Shown here: piece by piece, positions 41,263 through 52,853 of the stretch
Position numbering within the stretch: the first letter of the stretch is position 1
How the letters are laid out: each line of letters opens with the position of its first letter
NCBI GenBank assembly: GCA_050014195.1
Contig: JBEKDT010000002.1
Coordinates: 288,001-352,000, forward strand
Reading direction: 5' to 3'
Source: Desulfomonilia bacterium
Lineage (GTDB): Bacteria; Desulfobacterota; Desulfomonilia; UBA1062
DNA length: 64,000 bases
Position numbers and translations under genes: made by a program
The notes under the pieces: generated by a model
Seen by the model: the letters and a program-made list of their open reading frames with translations, nothing else
Told to the model about the DNA's origin: nothing
The model's database searches: none

Positions 41263-43572
41263 TCAGTTGAGGGCACATGCGATTATCTGGTCCATGTGCT
41301 CTACAAGATGGACCTGCATTCCACGTAATATATCATTGGGGGTCTCAAACAGATCTTTCTCATTATCTATAGGGATGAGAACCGTCTGTATGCCTGCCTC
41401 TTTAGCGGCCAGCAGCTTCTCTTTCAGGCCGCCGACAGGCAGGACCCTCCCACCCAGGGTCAGCTCACCGGTCATGGCAAGCTGGTTTTTAACACTCCTC
41501 CCGGTCAGGGCGGATACGATGGAAGTAGCCATGGTAATACCTGCGGATGGACCATCCTTTGGAACCGCACCTTCGGGGATATGAATATGGATGTCGATTG
41601 TTTGATAAAAATCCTTATCAAGCCCAAGCTCTTTTGCACGCGACCTTACATAACTCATTCCTGCCTGGGCGGACTCCTGCATGACATCACCCATCTTGCC
41701 GGTGAGCAGCAGCTTGCCTTTTCCCGGCATCACGGTGGTCTCCACCCTGAGGAGTACACCCCCTGCCTCAGTCCAGGCAAGGCCGTTCACAACCCCTATA
41801 TAATCCTTCTTCTCACGGATTGGGCGGCGGAATCGCGGCACACCCAGAAGGCCGTGAACCTTTTTATCGGTGATCTTTATCTGCTGCTTCGCATCACCTG
41901 AGATGATCCCCTTGACGAGCTTCCTGCATACAGAGGATATCTCCTTTTCCATGTTCCTTACACCTGCCTCGCGGGTGTACTCATTGATGATCGTGTTGAT
42001 GGCTTTTACAGAAAAATCAATACCTCTCCCATCCAGGCCGTGGAGCCTGAGCTGTTTGGGTAGTATATGATGGGTTGCAATCTTTAGCTTATCATATGAT
42101 GTGTAGCCTTCGAGTTGGATCAGTTCCATTCGGTCAAGCAGCGGGGGTGGTATTGAATATGTGGTGTTGGCAGTCGTGATGAACATCACCTTGGAGACAT
42201 CATAATCCGCATCCAAATAATGATCATTGAAGGTGTTGTTCTGTTCGGGATCAAGTGCTTCTAAGAGGGCGGCAGATGGATCACCCCGAAAATCCACGCT
42301 CATTTTGTCCACCTCATCCAGGAGAAACACCGGGTTTGACGTCCCCGCGCGCCTTAAGCCCTGGATGATCTTCCCCGGCATAGCACCAATGTAGGTGCGT
42401 CTGTGGCCCTTTATCTCGGCCTCATCGCGAATACCGCCCAATGAGACCCGCACAAATTTCCTTCCAACGGCTCTGGCTATGGATTTGCCCAGCGATGTCT
42501 TCCCCACACCCGGCGGTCCCACCAGACACAGGATAGGCCCCCTTATGGTACCTACCATCTGCTGGACGGCGAGATATTCTAATATGCGCTCTTTCACCTT
42601 GTTCAGTCCGTAGTGGTCTTCATCCAGGATCTGTTGAGCGAACTTGATATCCTTCTTGTCTTCAGTGATCTCATTCCAGGGCAGTGCAAGGAACCAATCC
42701 ACATAGTTCCTTATGACGGTCGCTTCTGCACTCATAGGGGGCATCATACGCAGACGTTTGAGCTCTTGAGATACCTTCTCCCTGGCATGTGAAGGCAGAT
42801 TCTTATTTTTAAGCTGCTTCTCCAGGGCGGATACTTCGTCCTCAATGCTCTCCATAGGGATGTGTTGAGGCTGCATCTGCTCGAAGACCGAGCTCTTTTT
42901 ACCGGCAGCGGCCTTCTGCCGTGCCTGCTCCCGCATGCTCGACTGGATCCTTGCAATATCGATTTCTGTCTGGAGAAATCCATAGACCTTCTCGATCCGT
43001 GATTCTATATGGTTATCCTCCAGGATTTCCTGCTTTTTCTCTGTCTTGAGTGTCGTGTAAGACACAACCATATCACAGACCATTCCCGGATCATCCTGGC
43101 ATTCCATCTTTGCAACAACATCGGAAGCGATATCAATTCCGTAGATCTCGCAGTATTCCTTAAACGATTCTACCACAAGACGCCTTAAGGCCTCCGCCTC
43201 GTGCTCATCGGCAATGAAGTCTATAAACTGTTCAGTTGCAGCAAAGAGCTGGTCCTTATCATAGAGGATATTCTTGATGTGCTGGCGGCTCTTTCCCTCG
43301 ATGAAAACCTTTATGGACCCGTTGGGCAACCTGAGCAACTGGAGGATGGCTGCAGAGACACCCACTGCGTATAAGCTCTCCTGTTGTGACTCAGCAGGGG
43401 CGAATCGTCTCATGCAGCAGACGAGGATGTCCTCCTTGCCATCAAAGGCGGCGCTCACCACCTTGGCGGTATTCTCATTCTCAATGAATAGCGGGATAAT
43501 TGTATGGGGGAATACCACGATGTCTTTCAGAGACAGCAGGGGAAAGACATGCTCTGATGCCTCAATCTTCAT
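41263..43572 (-). CDS. lon: ATP-dependent protease La
   Basis: [31 protein letters not shown]. Confidence 0.97.
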   Translation of the reverse strand: MKIEASEHVFPLLSLKDIVVFPHTIIPLFIENENTAKVVSAAFDGKEDILVCCMRRFAPAESQQESLYAVGVSAAILQLLRLPNGSIKVFIEGKSRQHIKNILYDKDQLFAATEQFIDFIADEHEAEALRRLVVESFKEYCEIYGIDIASDVVAKMECQDDPGMVCDMVVSYTTLKTEKKQEILEDNHIESRIEKVYGFLQTEIDIARIQSSMREQARQKAAAGKKSSVFEQMQPQHIPMESIEDEVSALEKQLKNKNLPSHAREKVSQELKRLRMMPPMSAEATVIRNYVDWFLALPWNEITEDKKDIKFAQQILDEDHYGLNKVKERILEYLAVQQMVGTIRGPILCLVGPPGVGKTSLGKSIARAVGRKFVRVSLGGIRDEAEIKGHRRTYIGAMPGKIIQGLRRAGTSNPVFLLDEVDKMSVDFRGDPSAALLEALDPEQNNTFNDHYLDADYDVSKVMFITTANTTYSIPPPLLDRMELIQLEGYTSYDKLKIATHHILPKQLRLHGLDGRGIDFSVKAINTIINEYTREAGVRNMEKEISSVCRKLVKGIISGDAKQQIKITDKKVHGLLGVPRFRRPIREKKDYIGVVNGLAWTEAGGVLLRVETTVMPGKGKLLLTGKMGDVMQESAQAGMSYVRSRAKELGLDKDFYQTIDIHIHIPEGAVPKDGPSAGITMATSIVSALTGRSVKNQLAMTGELTLGGRVLPVGGLKEKLLAAKEAGIQTVLIPIDNEKDLFETPNDILRGMQVHLVEHMDQIIACALN

Positions 43573-43582
43573 AACCTAAAGC

Positions 43583-44836
43583 TCATGCCTGAGAGGTTTT
43601 TCTCTCGTATACGATGATAGGCGGCTTCCCCTTCAAAACTACATCCTGGCTGATGATACACTCCTTGACACCTTCCATGTCGGGGATATCGTACATGATA
43701 TCGAGCATAATCCCTTCCATGATGGACCGCAAACCTCTTGCTCCGGACTTGCGTTTCATGGCCTCCGTCGCTACTGCCTTCAGGGAGTCTTTGGTGAACG
43801 TGAGGTCCACTCCTTCGAGCTTCAGCAGCGCCTGGTACTGCTTCACAAGTGCATTCTTAGGCTCGGTGAGGATGGTAATGAGGGCATCTTCATCAAGTTC
43901 ATGAAGCGTGGAAACAACAGGCATACGACCGACAAACTCGGGTATCATGCCGAACTTGATGAGATCTTCGGGCTGGACGTTTTTCAGAATCTCGCCGATG
44001 TCATGCTCTTTTTTGCCGGGGATCTCAGCAACAAAACCGATAGTCTTCTTGTCTAATCTCTGCGAAATTATCTTATCGAGGCTAATGAATGCCCCTCCGC
44101 AAATAAAGAGGATATTGGAAGTGTCGATCTGGATAAACTCCTGCTGGGGATGTTTGCGCCCGCCTTTGGGCGGGATCGAGGCCATGGTACCCTCAATCAT
44201 CTTGAGCAGGGCCTGCTGCACGCCCTCGCCGGATACATCTCTGGTTATGGATGGATTGTCGCCCCTCGAGGCAATCTTGTCGATCTCATCGATATATACA
44301 ATGCCTTTCTGGGTGCGCTCTACATCATAGTCGGCGTTCTGGAGGAGGTTCACAATGATGTTTTCAACATCCTCCCCGACATATCCCGCCTCGGTGAGGG
44401 TAGTGGCATCGGCTATCGTGAAAGGTACATCAAGGATTTTCGCCAAGGTCTGCGCAAGCAGGGTCTTGCCGCTTCCTGTGGGGCCGATAAGCATGATGTT
44501 GCTCTTGCTTATCTCCACACCGCCGATGTTGGTATTTGATTCAATCCGTTTATAATGGTTATGCACCGCCACGGACAGGATGCGCTTGGTCATCTCCTGG
44601 CCGATAACGTACTCGTCAAGAACTTCCTTGATCTCAGAAGGCTTGGGGATATTTGATGATGTACTGAAATGCCGGTACTCCCCTTCCTCTTCCGCCAAGA
44701 TCTCGTTACAAAGGGCGATGCACTCATCACAGATGTATACGTCAGGACCCGCAATGAGCTTCCGGACCTCTTCCTGCGATTTACCGCAGAAAGAGCACCT
44801 CAGTCCGGGTCTGTAGTGATCATTAATTTTTGGCAT
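43583..44836 (-). CDS. clpX: Clp protease ATP-binding subunit ClpX
   Basis: CSFCGK zinc finger, [19 protein letters not shown] loop. Confidence 0.98.
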   Translation of the reverse strand: MPKINDHYRPGLRCSFCGKSQEEVRKLIAGPDVYICDECIALCNEILAEEEGEYRHFSTSSNIPKPSEIKEVLDEYVIGQEMTKRILSVAVHNHYKRIESNTNIGGVEISKSNIMLIGPTGSGKTLLAQTLAKILDVPFTIADATTLTEAGYVGEDVENIIVNLLQNADYDVERTQKGIVYIDEIDKIASRGDNPSITRDVSGEGVQQALLKMIEGTMASIPPKGGRKHPQQEFIQIDTSNILFICGGAFISLDKIISQRLDKKTIGFVAEIPGKKEHDIGEILKNVQPEDLIKFGMIPEFVGRMPVVSTLHELDEDALITILTEPKNALVKQYQALLKLEGVDLTFTKDSLKAVATEAMKRKSGARGLRSIMEGIMLDIMYDIPDMEGVKECIISQDVVLKGKPPIIVYERKTSQA

Positions 44837-45446
44837 CCGCCTTCTCCCCTTCTTTCTCCTTGGTGGATCTCTTAAACATGACGTGATCTATTATACCATA
44901 CTTTTGTGCATCTGTCGCATCCATGAAAAAATCACGCTCTGTATCAGCCCCTACCTTATCTATAGGCTGGCCGGTATGCTTAGACAATACCTTGGTGAGT
45001 GCATCCTTGAGCCGCAACATCTCTGCAACCTGGATATTCACGTCCGTGACCTGCCCCTGTACTCCACCTAAGGGCTGATGGATCAAAATGCGCGAATGGG
45101 GCAAAGCATAGCGCATTCCGGATTCTCCGGCCGCGAGAAGCACTGCGGCCATGGATGCAGCCTGTCCAATACACATAGTGCTCACTTTGGGTTTTATGAA
45201 TTGCATGGTATCATAAACAGCCATTCCTGCGGTAACAGATCCTCCCGGTGAATTGATATAGAAAAATATATCCTTATCCGGGTCTTCTGATTCCAGAAAG
45301 AGGAACTGAGCTACCAGCAGATTCGCAATATCGTCGTTAATATCGGTGCCCAGCATGACAATTCTGTCCTTGAGTAGCCGGGAATAAATATCGTAAGATC
45401 GTTCACCTCTACTCGTTTGTTCCACTACTATCGGGACCAGTGTCAT
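44823..45446 (-). CDS. clpP: Clp protease proteolytic subunit
   Basis: DIYSRLL, NSPGG, GQAASM, IHQP; start at MTLVP. Confidence 0.97.
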   Translation of the reverse strand: MTLVPIVVEQTSRGERSYDIYSRLLKDRIVMLGTDINDDIANLLVAQFLFLESEDPDKDIFFYINSPGGSVTAGMAVYDTMQFIKPKVSTMCIGQAASMAAVLLAAGESGMRYALPHSRILIHQPLGGVQGQVTDVNIQVAEMLRLKDALTKVLSKHTGQPIDKVGADTERDFFMDATDAQKYGIIDHVMFKRSTKEKEGEKADAKN

Positions 45447-46746
45447 CCTTATTCTCCTCAATCCTGTCCACCTCTACTATGGTGGAATTGGCTATGATAT
45501 AATCATACACCTTATGCTCCAAGATGCCAAATCTCATCTCTTCCAAACTTCCCCTTTCTTCAAAGCTCTTCCTTACAGCATCAGGGGTCATAGAGTACTT
45601 TTCGGCCATTGATGCAATTTCCTTTTCCAAATCTTCATCAGTGGCCTCAATGGCATTTGCCTTCGCAATGGCCTCTATAAGCAGTGTCGTCTTTACGAGC
45701 TTCTCAGCTGATGTCATGGTCTCTTCCCTTAAGGCCTCACCGTCGGGATATATATCCTGCATCCTGATACCCTGCGACGAAAGCCTTTGAGATATTCCCT
45801 GGAGCATCATAATGGCCTGATACCTTACCATGGACTCGGGCACATCAAACTTGTTTGCCTCCATGAGCCCCTCTGAAAGCTGTCTCTCCATGTAAGCCCT
45901 GGCATCGGCTTCAAGCCGCCCGATAAGATCCTCCCGGACGGCATTATTGAGCTCATCCATGTTCTGTACGTCCTTATGAACCATCTTGGCGAATTCGTCA
46001 TCCAGCTCCGGCAATTCCTTTTGCTTTATTCCATGGACCTGAATCTTGATATGGGCGGTTTTGCCCCTCATGTCTTCCAGAAAATGGGCCTCAGGAAAGG
46101 TGATGTCCGCCTCTTTGGCATCTCCGGCCTTAAGCCCCAGGACCTCGTTCTCAAGTCCCGGAAATGCGCTCCGGACACCGGCCTCGATCGTAATCTTCTC
46201 GCGATTCAGCTTATCGTTTTCATCGCATGAGAGGTTAACGATGGCATAGTCACCTTTATTTACGATATATTCTGGGTCATCCACGTCCTTTACCGAGGCA
46301 TAGGTCTCCTGCAGCTTGGTAATGACGTCATTAATGTTCTTATCTTCCACTGCGATCTTCGGCTTTTTTAACTCAAAGCCCGTATATACCTGGGGGGTAA
46401 CTTCCGGTTTCACATCAAACTTGGCAGAAAATGTGAAATCCTCATTTTCTTTCGGCGGCTCGTTCTCGAACTCCGGGATAGAAACGACCAACAGGTTCTG
46501 TTCTTTTGCCGACTCTTCGAATTTCTCGCGGACAAGCTTGCGTGAAAGCTCGTTTACAATATAATCCTGATAGTACATCTTGATGACATGTCTTGGGGCC
46601 TTTCCCTTTCTGAAACCTTTTATTGCAACACCCTGGGCGATATCCCGGTAGATCTCTTCCGTAACAGCGGTGACTTCCTCTTTGGGTATGAACACCCTCA
46701 TCTGCTTTTTAATGCTGTCAACATCAATAATTTCGACCTTCATCAT
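45409..46746 (-). CDS. tig: Trigger factor
   Basis: GFRKGKAP signature; upstream of clpPX. Confidence 0.93.
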   Translation of the reverse strand: MMKVEIIDVDSIKKQMRVFIPKEEVTAVTEEIYRDIAQGVAIKGFRKGKAPRHVIKMYYQDYIVNELSRKLVREKFEESAKEQNLLVVSIPEFENEPPKENEDFTFSAKFDVKPEVTPQVYTGFELKKPKIAVEDKNINDVITKLQETYASVKDVDDPEYIVNKGDYAIVNLSCDENDKLNREKITIEAGVRSAFPGLENEVLGLKAGDAKEADITFPEAHFLEDMRGKTAHIKIQVHGIKQKELPELDDEFAKMVHKDVQNMDELNNAVREDLIGRLEADARAYMERQLSEGLMEANKFDVPESMVRYQAIMMLQGISQRLSSQGIRMQDIYPDGEALREETMTSAEKLVKTTLLIEAIAKANAIEATDEDLEKEIASMAEKYSMTPDAVRKSFEERGSLEEMRFGILEHKVYDYIIANSTIVEVDRIEENKDDTGPDSSGTNE

Positions 46747-46800
46747 GAATCCTTTCTCTATAAGCCTTTCGTGGCTATTCCTTTCTCATGTATCACATAT

Positions 46801-47556
46801 TCAGGTCAATGGCTTTTTCTGTAGTGTTAGGCCCTGGAAGACTCTCTCCATATCTTTATGATATGTGTCATCTTCATTGAATACGATCAAAGGGGGACCG
46901 ATGGTAAACTCCTTGCCCCCGTCACGCACCCCACACATCAGACAGATCTCGGATGTACTTTTCAGTGATGTGTAGACACTTCTCATATGTTTTGGCTCGA
47001 TCCGTCTTGTGCGCATGGCACAGATAAGGTCGGGAATCCGCCATGCCGGATATACAATATAAAATCTTCCGAAGGGTCGCAAGAGCCCATATGATTTCTT
47101 GAGCAATGCATCAAGATCCAGCGATATCTCGTGCCTTGCTATGGCCTTTGATCTGTTGGGGTTGATCCTTCCTGTATCAATGGGCCTGTAAGGGGGGTTC
47201 GTTACTACTGCATCAACACTTGGTCCGGAATATTCTTTGATATCGCAGCAGACGATCCTGACATTGTCCGACAGGTTGGACCGCTCAATGGATCGCATGG
47301 ACATCTCCACCAGGGTATCCTGGACCTCCACGCCGGTTACATGTAGCCCCTTCACTGCTGCCAGAAGTATGGAGACAACCCCTGATCCGGATCCGATCTC
47401 GAGTACTTCCGTCCCCGGGGCCTCTTCTACGAAGGCACCAAGCAGGTAGGCATCGAGGGAATACCGGTATCCCTTCTTTTTCTGCAGGATGGATAGGTTG
47501 CACCCTGAAAGGGTGTCGAGTGTCTCATCATTTCTCGGTCTGTAATTTTTCTTCAT
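46801..47556 (-). CDS. tRNA1(Val) A37 N6-methyltransferase family
   Basis: Q..GYRYSLDA, EIGSGSG, NPPY, ARHE. Confidence 0.85.
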   Translation of the reverse strand: MKKNYRPRNDETLDTLSGCNLSILQKKKGYRYSLDAYLLGAFVEEAPGTEVLEIGSGSGVVSILLAAVKGLHVTGVEVQDTLVEMSMRSIERSNLSDNVRIVCCDIKEYSGPSVDAVVTNPPYRPIDTGRINPNRSKAIARHEISLDLDALLKKSYGLLRPFGRFYIVYPAWRIPDLICAMRTRRIEPKHMRSVYTSLKSTSEICLMCGVRDGGKEFTIGPPLIVFNEDDTYHKDMERVFQGLTLQKKPLT

Positions 47557-47611
47557 CCATCCATTACACTGCCGGATATCTCTTCAAGGATTTTGTACCT
47601 GACACAGGTGT

Positions 47612-48322
47612 CTATTCAGGTATAAGATCCTCAAATAGGCTTGGAGCCATGGCCATGACGTCATTGAACATAAGATATGCCAGGCGTCTGATCTCCCATT
47701 CAGCGGATTTTTCCAGGCGAAGCTCAAAGAAATGCCGTAAAGAACGGGCATTGACATAGACATAAGCAGCCGTGGACCACCCCACGGGCATGAGCCTTCT
47801 CAGCTCCTGGTTGCGCACCCCGAGTGACTGGAGCTCTTCATAGACCTCCATGGCATGCTTGTGCTCCCGGTCATAGGCCTCATAGACTTTCCTTACCTGG
47901 TCTTCGGATTCGATGTACTCCATTGCCGGGTAGATGAACAAATTCTTATTGGCCTTCACATACCTCGTGGAACGGAAGGTCCACCCGATACCGATGCGGT
48001 GACGGGTCCATTGGCCGGCCAGAGACTTGGATACGCCGGTCACATAGTAGACAAACTGCACGGCCTCAAGGCAGGTATGGTGGCCCCATGAGATAAGCTT
48101 TTTATTAAGCCTCAGGTCGTCCTCGTGGGTGCCTTCGGACTCATGGCTTTGCCTGGCTGTATAGGCAGGCAGCGTCTCGATCGTGACACCCTGGGATGCA
48201 ATTTCTTCGATCGGCGTTGTTACACCGATGAGCTTTATCATGGGCTCTTCGTTTCTAAAGAGACTCTGCCTGAGATGTCTCCACCTTTCAATGTGTTCCA
48301 GCTCATGATTAAAATACTTCAA
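47612..48322 (-). CDS. thyX: Flavin-dependent thymidylate synthase
   Basis: GH...LE, RHRx7STRY, NARSL.HF..LR, A.WEIR. Confidence 0.9.
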   Translation of the reverse strand: MKYFNHELEHIERWRHLRQSLFRNEEPMIKLIGVTTPIEEIASQGVTIETLPAYTARQSHESEGTHEDDLRLNKKLISWGHHTCLEAVQFVYYVTGVSKSLAGQWTRHRIGIGWTFRSTRYVKANKNLFIYPAMEYIESEDQVRKVYEAYDREHKHAMEVYEELQSLGVRNQELRRLMPVGWSTAAYVYVNARSLRHFFELRLEKSAEWEIRRLAYLMFNDVMAMAPSLFEDLIPE

Positions 48323-48903
48323 AATGGTCTCTCCTCCTCGCCATTTGTTGAAACCCTGTCACCCTGCCACACACCCCTGTAAGGTACTGCCTTACCCTCA
48401 ATGGGGAAAAAGGCAATGCACAGGATGCGGAACCCCATCTGAATCTCCACCTCCATGAGCCCTTGATGCTTCATACCTACCGTGAGCTTCCCCTGATAGT
48501 TGGGAGATATAAAAGCCGTTTCCAGAGGGATGCCTGAACGGATCAGCGTCGTTCGCGGCCTGATATAAGCAAAAAGATCACCCGGCAAATTAATCTGCTC
48601 AATGGTCTGGAATAGCAGGTATTCACCCGGCTTGACAACGAACACCCCATCAGGAGAATCGATGATGTCCATGAGTTTCTCTATCTGAGGGGTGACCCTG
48701 CTGTCCCGCATGAGACGAGCAGCGCCTACGGGCCTGTATATGGCTCCCAGCCTTAGGTCCACGGTAGTACCCTCAATGCCGTCAATCTGGTCAGAGTCGA
48801 GATACTCGACAAGGGGTTTCTTTACACTTTTACCCGAAATATGATCTTCCACGCCAACACCGCCGCGGACCATCTCGATGATCCTGTCAGCCCCCAATAC
48901 CAT
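48319..48903 (-). CDS. Trimeric dUTPase/dCTP deaminase family protein
   Basis: VDLRLG, PGEYLL.T.E, PRTTLIRSG, PNYQG. Confidence 0.8.
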   Translation of the reverse strand: MVLGADRIIEMVRGGVGVEDHISGKSVKKPLVEYLDSDQIDGIEGTTVDLRLGAIYRPVGAARLMRDSRVTPQIEKLMDIIDSPDGVFVVKPGEYLLFQTIEQINLPGDLFAYIRPRTTLIRSGIPLETAFISPNYQGKLTVGMKHQGLMEVEIQMGFRILCIAFFPIEGKAVPYRGVWQGDRVSTNGEEERPF

Positions 48904-49440
48904 CTACAACCTCCTCTTCGATGTGTCTGAACTCATGAATAGTAAGGCATTCTCCATTGTCTCATCATGGATAATAATCTGTTCAACCGTCGTGCGGCTT
49001 AAGGAAAGCACATCCTTCCAGTATTGGTCGCGCTCAGGGATGGGCGAGTCATAGGGATGCTCGTAGACTACCCTGGTGATGCCAGACATCACGATAAGCT
49101 TTGAGCAGGTGATACAAGGCTCGAGCGTGCAATATATGGTTGATCCCTCGAGGCTGACCCCTTTTTTTGCTGCCAGTGATATGGCATTGGCCTCTGCATG
49201 GGCAGACCTGCACATATCATACTTCATGGCCTCGGGCCACTTGAGCGACCTCCGGAAACAAACCCTATCATCCATGCAGTGTTTTTGGCCCGGAAGAGAG
49301 CCGTTATAGCCTGTTGTAATGACCTGCTTGTCATTTACCACCACTGCACCAGTAGGCCTTGACAGACACGTTGAGCGTGATGCGGCAAGCTTGGCCAGCA
49401 TCATGAAATATTCATCCCACGAAGGTCTCTTCTGATTCAT
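48904..49440 (-). CDS. dCMP deaminase (ComEB-like)
   Basis: RPSWDEYF, RSTC, GYNG, HAEANA, PCxxC; start at MNQKR. Confidence 0.9.
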   Translation of the reverse strand: MNQKRPSWDEYFMMLAKLAASRSTCLSRPTGAVVVNDKQVITTGYNGSLPGQKHCMDDRVCFRRSLKWPEAMKYDMCRSAHAEANAISLAAKKGVSLEGSTIYCTLEPCITCSKLIVMSGITRVVYEHPYDSPIPERDQYWKDVLSLSRTTVEQIIIHDETMENALLFMSSDTSKRRL

Positions 49441-49648
49441 ACCGGCAGCCTCAAAACTTCTGATTATTAACCAACAGGTGGGCTCCATATAATACGAAGT
49501 CCTTGAACCTGTAAAGAATCAACAGGTACATTCCCATTAATAACTCACCATACCATGGACAAAGTCCTGACCATGCTATAAATATAATCATAAATAGGCT
49601 TTTTCGCCATGATGAACAAGAAATTTCGGATCATCAGAAGGTGCGTGA

Positions 49649-50953
49649 ATGCTTGATGTAATCATCATCGGTGCAGGGTATGGCGGCATGGGCGTTGCAG
49701 CACTCCTTGCACGGTCGGGGCTCAAGATCATTGTTATTGAACAGTCAGCACTTATTGGTGGAAGGGCCAGCTATTTCACCGATGAGGACGGATACCGATG
49801 GGAATACGGAGCCCACTCCCATCGACTGGCTGAAAAGGGCATTGCCAACCAGCTATTTCTGCGTCTCAATGATGAGATTACCTTCATCCCAAGGGCAAAC
49901 GATTCAAAACTCATTTATAAAAACCAGCTCTGGGACAGGCCCGAGGGACCGATCGGCTATATGAAGACACCCATGCTCTCTCTGATCGGGAGATTAAACC
50001 TGTTACGGCTTTTAGTAAAAATAAAACGGTCTGATCCCGGGCAGTGGTTTGACAGGACACTGGCCGATTTCTTTCACACATATTTCACGAACAGTGAGAT
50101 TGAAGAAATACTGCCGCTGCTCGGTATGTCAGTTATGTGCCCGTATCCTGCCAAGGTCAGTGCCGGAGAGGTGATCGACTTTGTCAAACGGATGCTTACA
50201 GCTGGTGTCAGCGTTGGGGAGCCTGTAGGCGGATCTTCCCAGATATTCAAAAAGCTTCAGTTCCATGTGGAATCAGGTGGTAAAATTCATACTGAAGAAA
50301 AGGCGGCTGCGCTCATTATCGAACAAGGGGTAATCAAGGGTATCAAAACCAACAAGGGAGTCTATGAAACACAGCGGGTAATTTTCGCCGCGCGTCTACC
50401 CCTGCTCTTTGATCTTGCAGATAAGAACCTCTTTCCCAAAGAATTCGTGGCATACTGCGATTCTATAGAGAACAGCTCCTGTCTGAGCTTTGACTTCATC
50501 ACCAACTATCCCGTCACCGACATCAAAGGCGGTATCCTGGGCATTGATATCCCCGTCTGGGCCCGTTTCCAGACAAACTCGGATCCAAGCTTTACCCCGC
50601 AGGGTAAGTATCTTTCCACCTGGGGGATCATGCTGCCCTGGGGATTCAATGGAGACCCTGAGGTGGTAAAGGCTACTGAGAAGAAGCTTAAGATCACCAT
50701 CGCCCTTCTCTTCCCCCACCTGCTACCCAACCTGATCAAGGAACGCAGGCTCATTATACAGATAATGAATGGTAACGTCCTAACCCCCCGACATGCCAAG
50801 CCGCACAGACCCGATGTAGTGAGCGACTCCATAAAGGGGCTCTATTTTGTGGGTGATACTGTTCGGGGTGACGGCTGCTCTGGAGATATAAGCTTTTCTT
50901 CTGCCATGAAGGTCTCTGATATGATCCTCTCTGAAATGGGCCGGCATACTTGA
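49649..50953 (+). CDS. FAD-dependent oxidoreductase, phytoene desaturase/retinol saturase-like
   Basis: IIGAGYGG, E....IGGRA, G..WEYGAH, P.GG, GLYFVGD. Confidence 0.8.
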   Translation: MLDVIIIGAGYGGMGVAALLARSGLKIIVIEQSALIGGRASYFTDEDGYRWEYGAHSHRLAEKGIANQLFLRLNDEITFIPRANDSKLIYKNQLWDRPEGPIGYMKTPMLSLIGRLNLLRLLVKIKRSDPGQWFDRTLADFFHTYFTNSEIEEILPLLGMSVMCPYPAKVSAGEVIDFVKRMLTAGVSVGEPVGGSSQIFKKLQFHVESGGKIHTEEKAAALIIEQGVIKGIKTNKGVYETQRVIFAARLPLLFDLADKNLFPKEFVAYCDSIENSSCLSFDFITNYPVTDIKGGILGIDIPVWARFQTNSDPSFTPQGKYLSTWGIMLPWGFNGDPEVVKATEKKLKITIALLFPHLLPNLIKERRLIIQIMNGNVLTPRHAKPHRPDVVSDSIKGLYFVGDTVRGDGCSGDISFSSAMKVSDMILSEMGRHT

Positions 50954-50996
50954 CCCCGAACCGTAACCAAATGCATCTCATGAAAGGACTATCCCC

Positions 50997-51680
50997 ATGG
51001 GCCAGATAGCGGCTTTCTTCGACATGGACCACACAATCACCTGGAAGAATTCGGGCCTGTCATCAGTGCAGTACGCCCGCAAGCATGGGATGGTCCCCTT
51101 GGGCTTTCTTCTGCTGGGAATACTCAAGATTGGCCTCTATCGGCTTTCTCTGCTGAACATCGAGGAATGGTATGAGCGGAACATGGGGCTCCTTTCCGGA
51201 TTGAGCCTTGCGGATATGGATCGATTTTCACAAGGTTGGTTCGAGGTCGCGATCAGGAAGTCTATTTACCGGGAGGCGGTAGAACTCATACGCCAGCATC
51301 AGATTAAAGGTCACCGTCTTGTTATCATCTCCAACTCCCCTCCCTTTTTTGTGAAGCCCCTGGCCGATGCACTTGACATCAATGAAATCATCACATCAAA
51401 AGTTGAAATGAAAGACGGCATTCTCACAGGCAAGCTCATCAAGCCCCTGTGTTATGGAAAGGGGAAAAAGGAATATGCCTTCAATTGGGCCAATGAAGAG
51501 AATATCGACCTTTCACAAAGCTATTTCTACACGGATTCATTCTATGACATTGATCTCCTGTATGAAGTAGGTTTTCCGGTAGCGACAAATCCAGATAGAA
51601 AACTCAGACAGGCAGCCTTGAAGAATAACTGGAAAGTCTTGGTTTTTAAAAGAGAACCAGCGTTTTTAGAAAATCGATGA
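50997..51680 (+). CDS. HAD-IB family phosphatase
   Basis: AFFDMDHT, IS.S, CYG.GK, YTDS..D, NPD. Confidence 0.88.
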   Translation: MGQIAAFFDMDHTITWKNSGLSSVQYARKHGMVPLGFLLLGILKIGLYRLSLLNIEEWYERNMGLLSGLSLADMDRFSQGWFEVAIRKSIYREAVELIRQHQIKGHRLVIISNSPPFFVKPLADALDINEIITSKVEMKDGILTGKLIKPLCYGKGKKEYAFNWANEENIDLSQSYFYTDSFYDIDLLYEVGFPVATNPDRKLRQAALKNNWKVLVFKREPAFLENR

Positions 51681-51749
51681 GTATGAGTTTGAAAGGAAAT
51701 ACGGACCGAGGCATGTCGCCTGCGGCCCGCTATTTCATTAACAAAACAA

Positions 51750-52817
51750 TTACAGGATATTAGAAATCATGAACACCGTGAGCATGGACTTCGATGGCAG
51801 TATTTCTCGGTGTGCACAGAATGTCTTTTGCACTGCTCCATCAAACCTGGACTTGGTGAAGTATAATCCCTTGAAGCTGTATATCATGTTCCCAAACTTA
51901 TAGAGCAATCGGATAACCATCTTCAGGAGCTTTGACTCGCAGGGCTCATCCTGATCATCCACAACCGCCGGGCAAAGGCCGAGGTGCAAATACTTCACAC
52001 CCTCTTTCTTGAAGACCTCCATGGCATGGCACATGAGGGGATAGAAGATCCCCTGCTTGAACTTGTTGCTGAACCGGGAGATGTTGGGCACATAGCTGAC
52101 TACCTTGCCGTCCTTATAGAGCGGATCGAAGCAGATAAAGCCTACGAGTTCTCCATCATGGTATGCACAGAACTTTCTTGTACCTTCCTGGTATTCTTGG
52201 TCCATGGGGCGGATGAGAAAAACGACCTCGCGGTTTCTGACCTTGCGGGTCTTGAGCCATTCCTTGGTGAGCTGGTGGCACCCATCTTCTGAACAGTTCT
52301 CTTCTATCGTCACGCCCTCTTTCTTGGCATGATTTACCGATGTCCTCATGACCTGCTTCTTCTTGCCCTTGAGATCCCATTTCTCAAGATCAACGACTGA
52401 TTCGATACCAAACTGGGTCGCGTAATACCCGAACTTTTCATGAAGAAATTCTCCCATGCCCTGAGAGATCTGGATAAAGGCCGTGTTTGTCCTATCCTTG
52501 AGAAACTCCCGGATGAGGAGTTCTCTATCTTTCACATCACAGACAGGGTCAGCAAGGACAAATCGCGTACCCCATTTCTTCCTGAAGGTGATGAACCCGA
52601 CCCCTGACATATCGAAAAAGTGCATTTCTGGTTGCAGCATTGAAAAGGACAGGCAGTGATCACCGTATTTCCTGAGATAGGAGATCCTCTCATCAAATGT
52701 GAAGACATCAATCCCTGTACGGGTCCCGGGTCTATAATCATCTATGGAGATAACCTTGGCTGGGAAGAACTCCCCTGGACTATCTACGAGTGGTTTTACC
52801 TGCGCCATGGTACTCAT
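51750..52817 (-). CDS. Stand-alone DUF2156 (MprF C-terminal-like) aminoacyl-tRNA transferase
   Basis: VLADPV, LKGKK..MR..VN.A, FKKEG..YLHLGLCP, YSFKGL..TKSRF; no TM segments. Confidence 0.82.
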   Translation of the reverse strand: MSTMAQVKPLVDSPGEFFPAKVISIDDYRPGTRTGIDVFTFDERISYLRKYGDHCLSFSMLQPEMHFFDMSGVGFITFRKKWGTRFVLADPVCDVKDRELLIREFLKDRTNTAFIQISQGMGEFLHEKFGYYATQFGIESVVDLEKWDLKGKKKQVMRTSVNHAKKEGVTIEENCSEDGCHQLTKEWLKTRKVRNREVVFLIRPMDQEYQEGTRKFCAYHDGELVGFICFDPLYKDGKVVSYVPNISRFSNKFKQGIFYPLMCHAMEVFKKEGVKYLHLGLCPAVVDDQDEPCESKLLKMVIRLLYKFGNMIYSFKGLYFTKSRFDGAVQKTFCAHREILPSKSMLTVFMISNIL

Positions 52818-52853
52818 ATATTCATCTCTCCTTTTTTGTTATCCGTTCATGTC

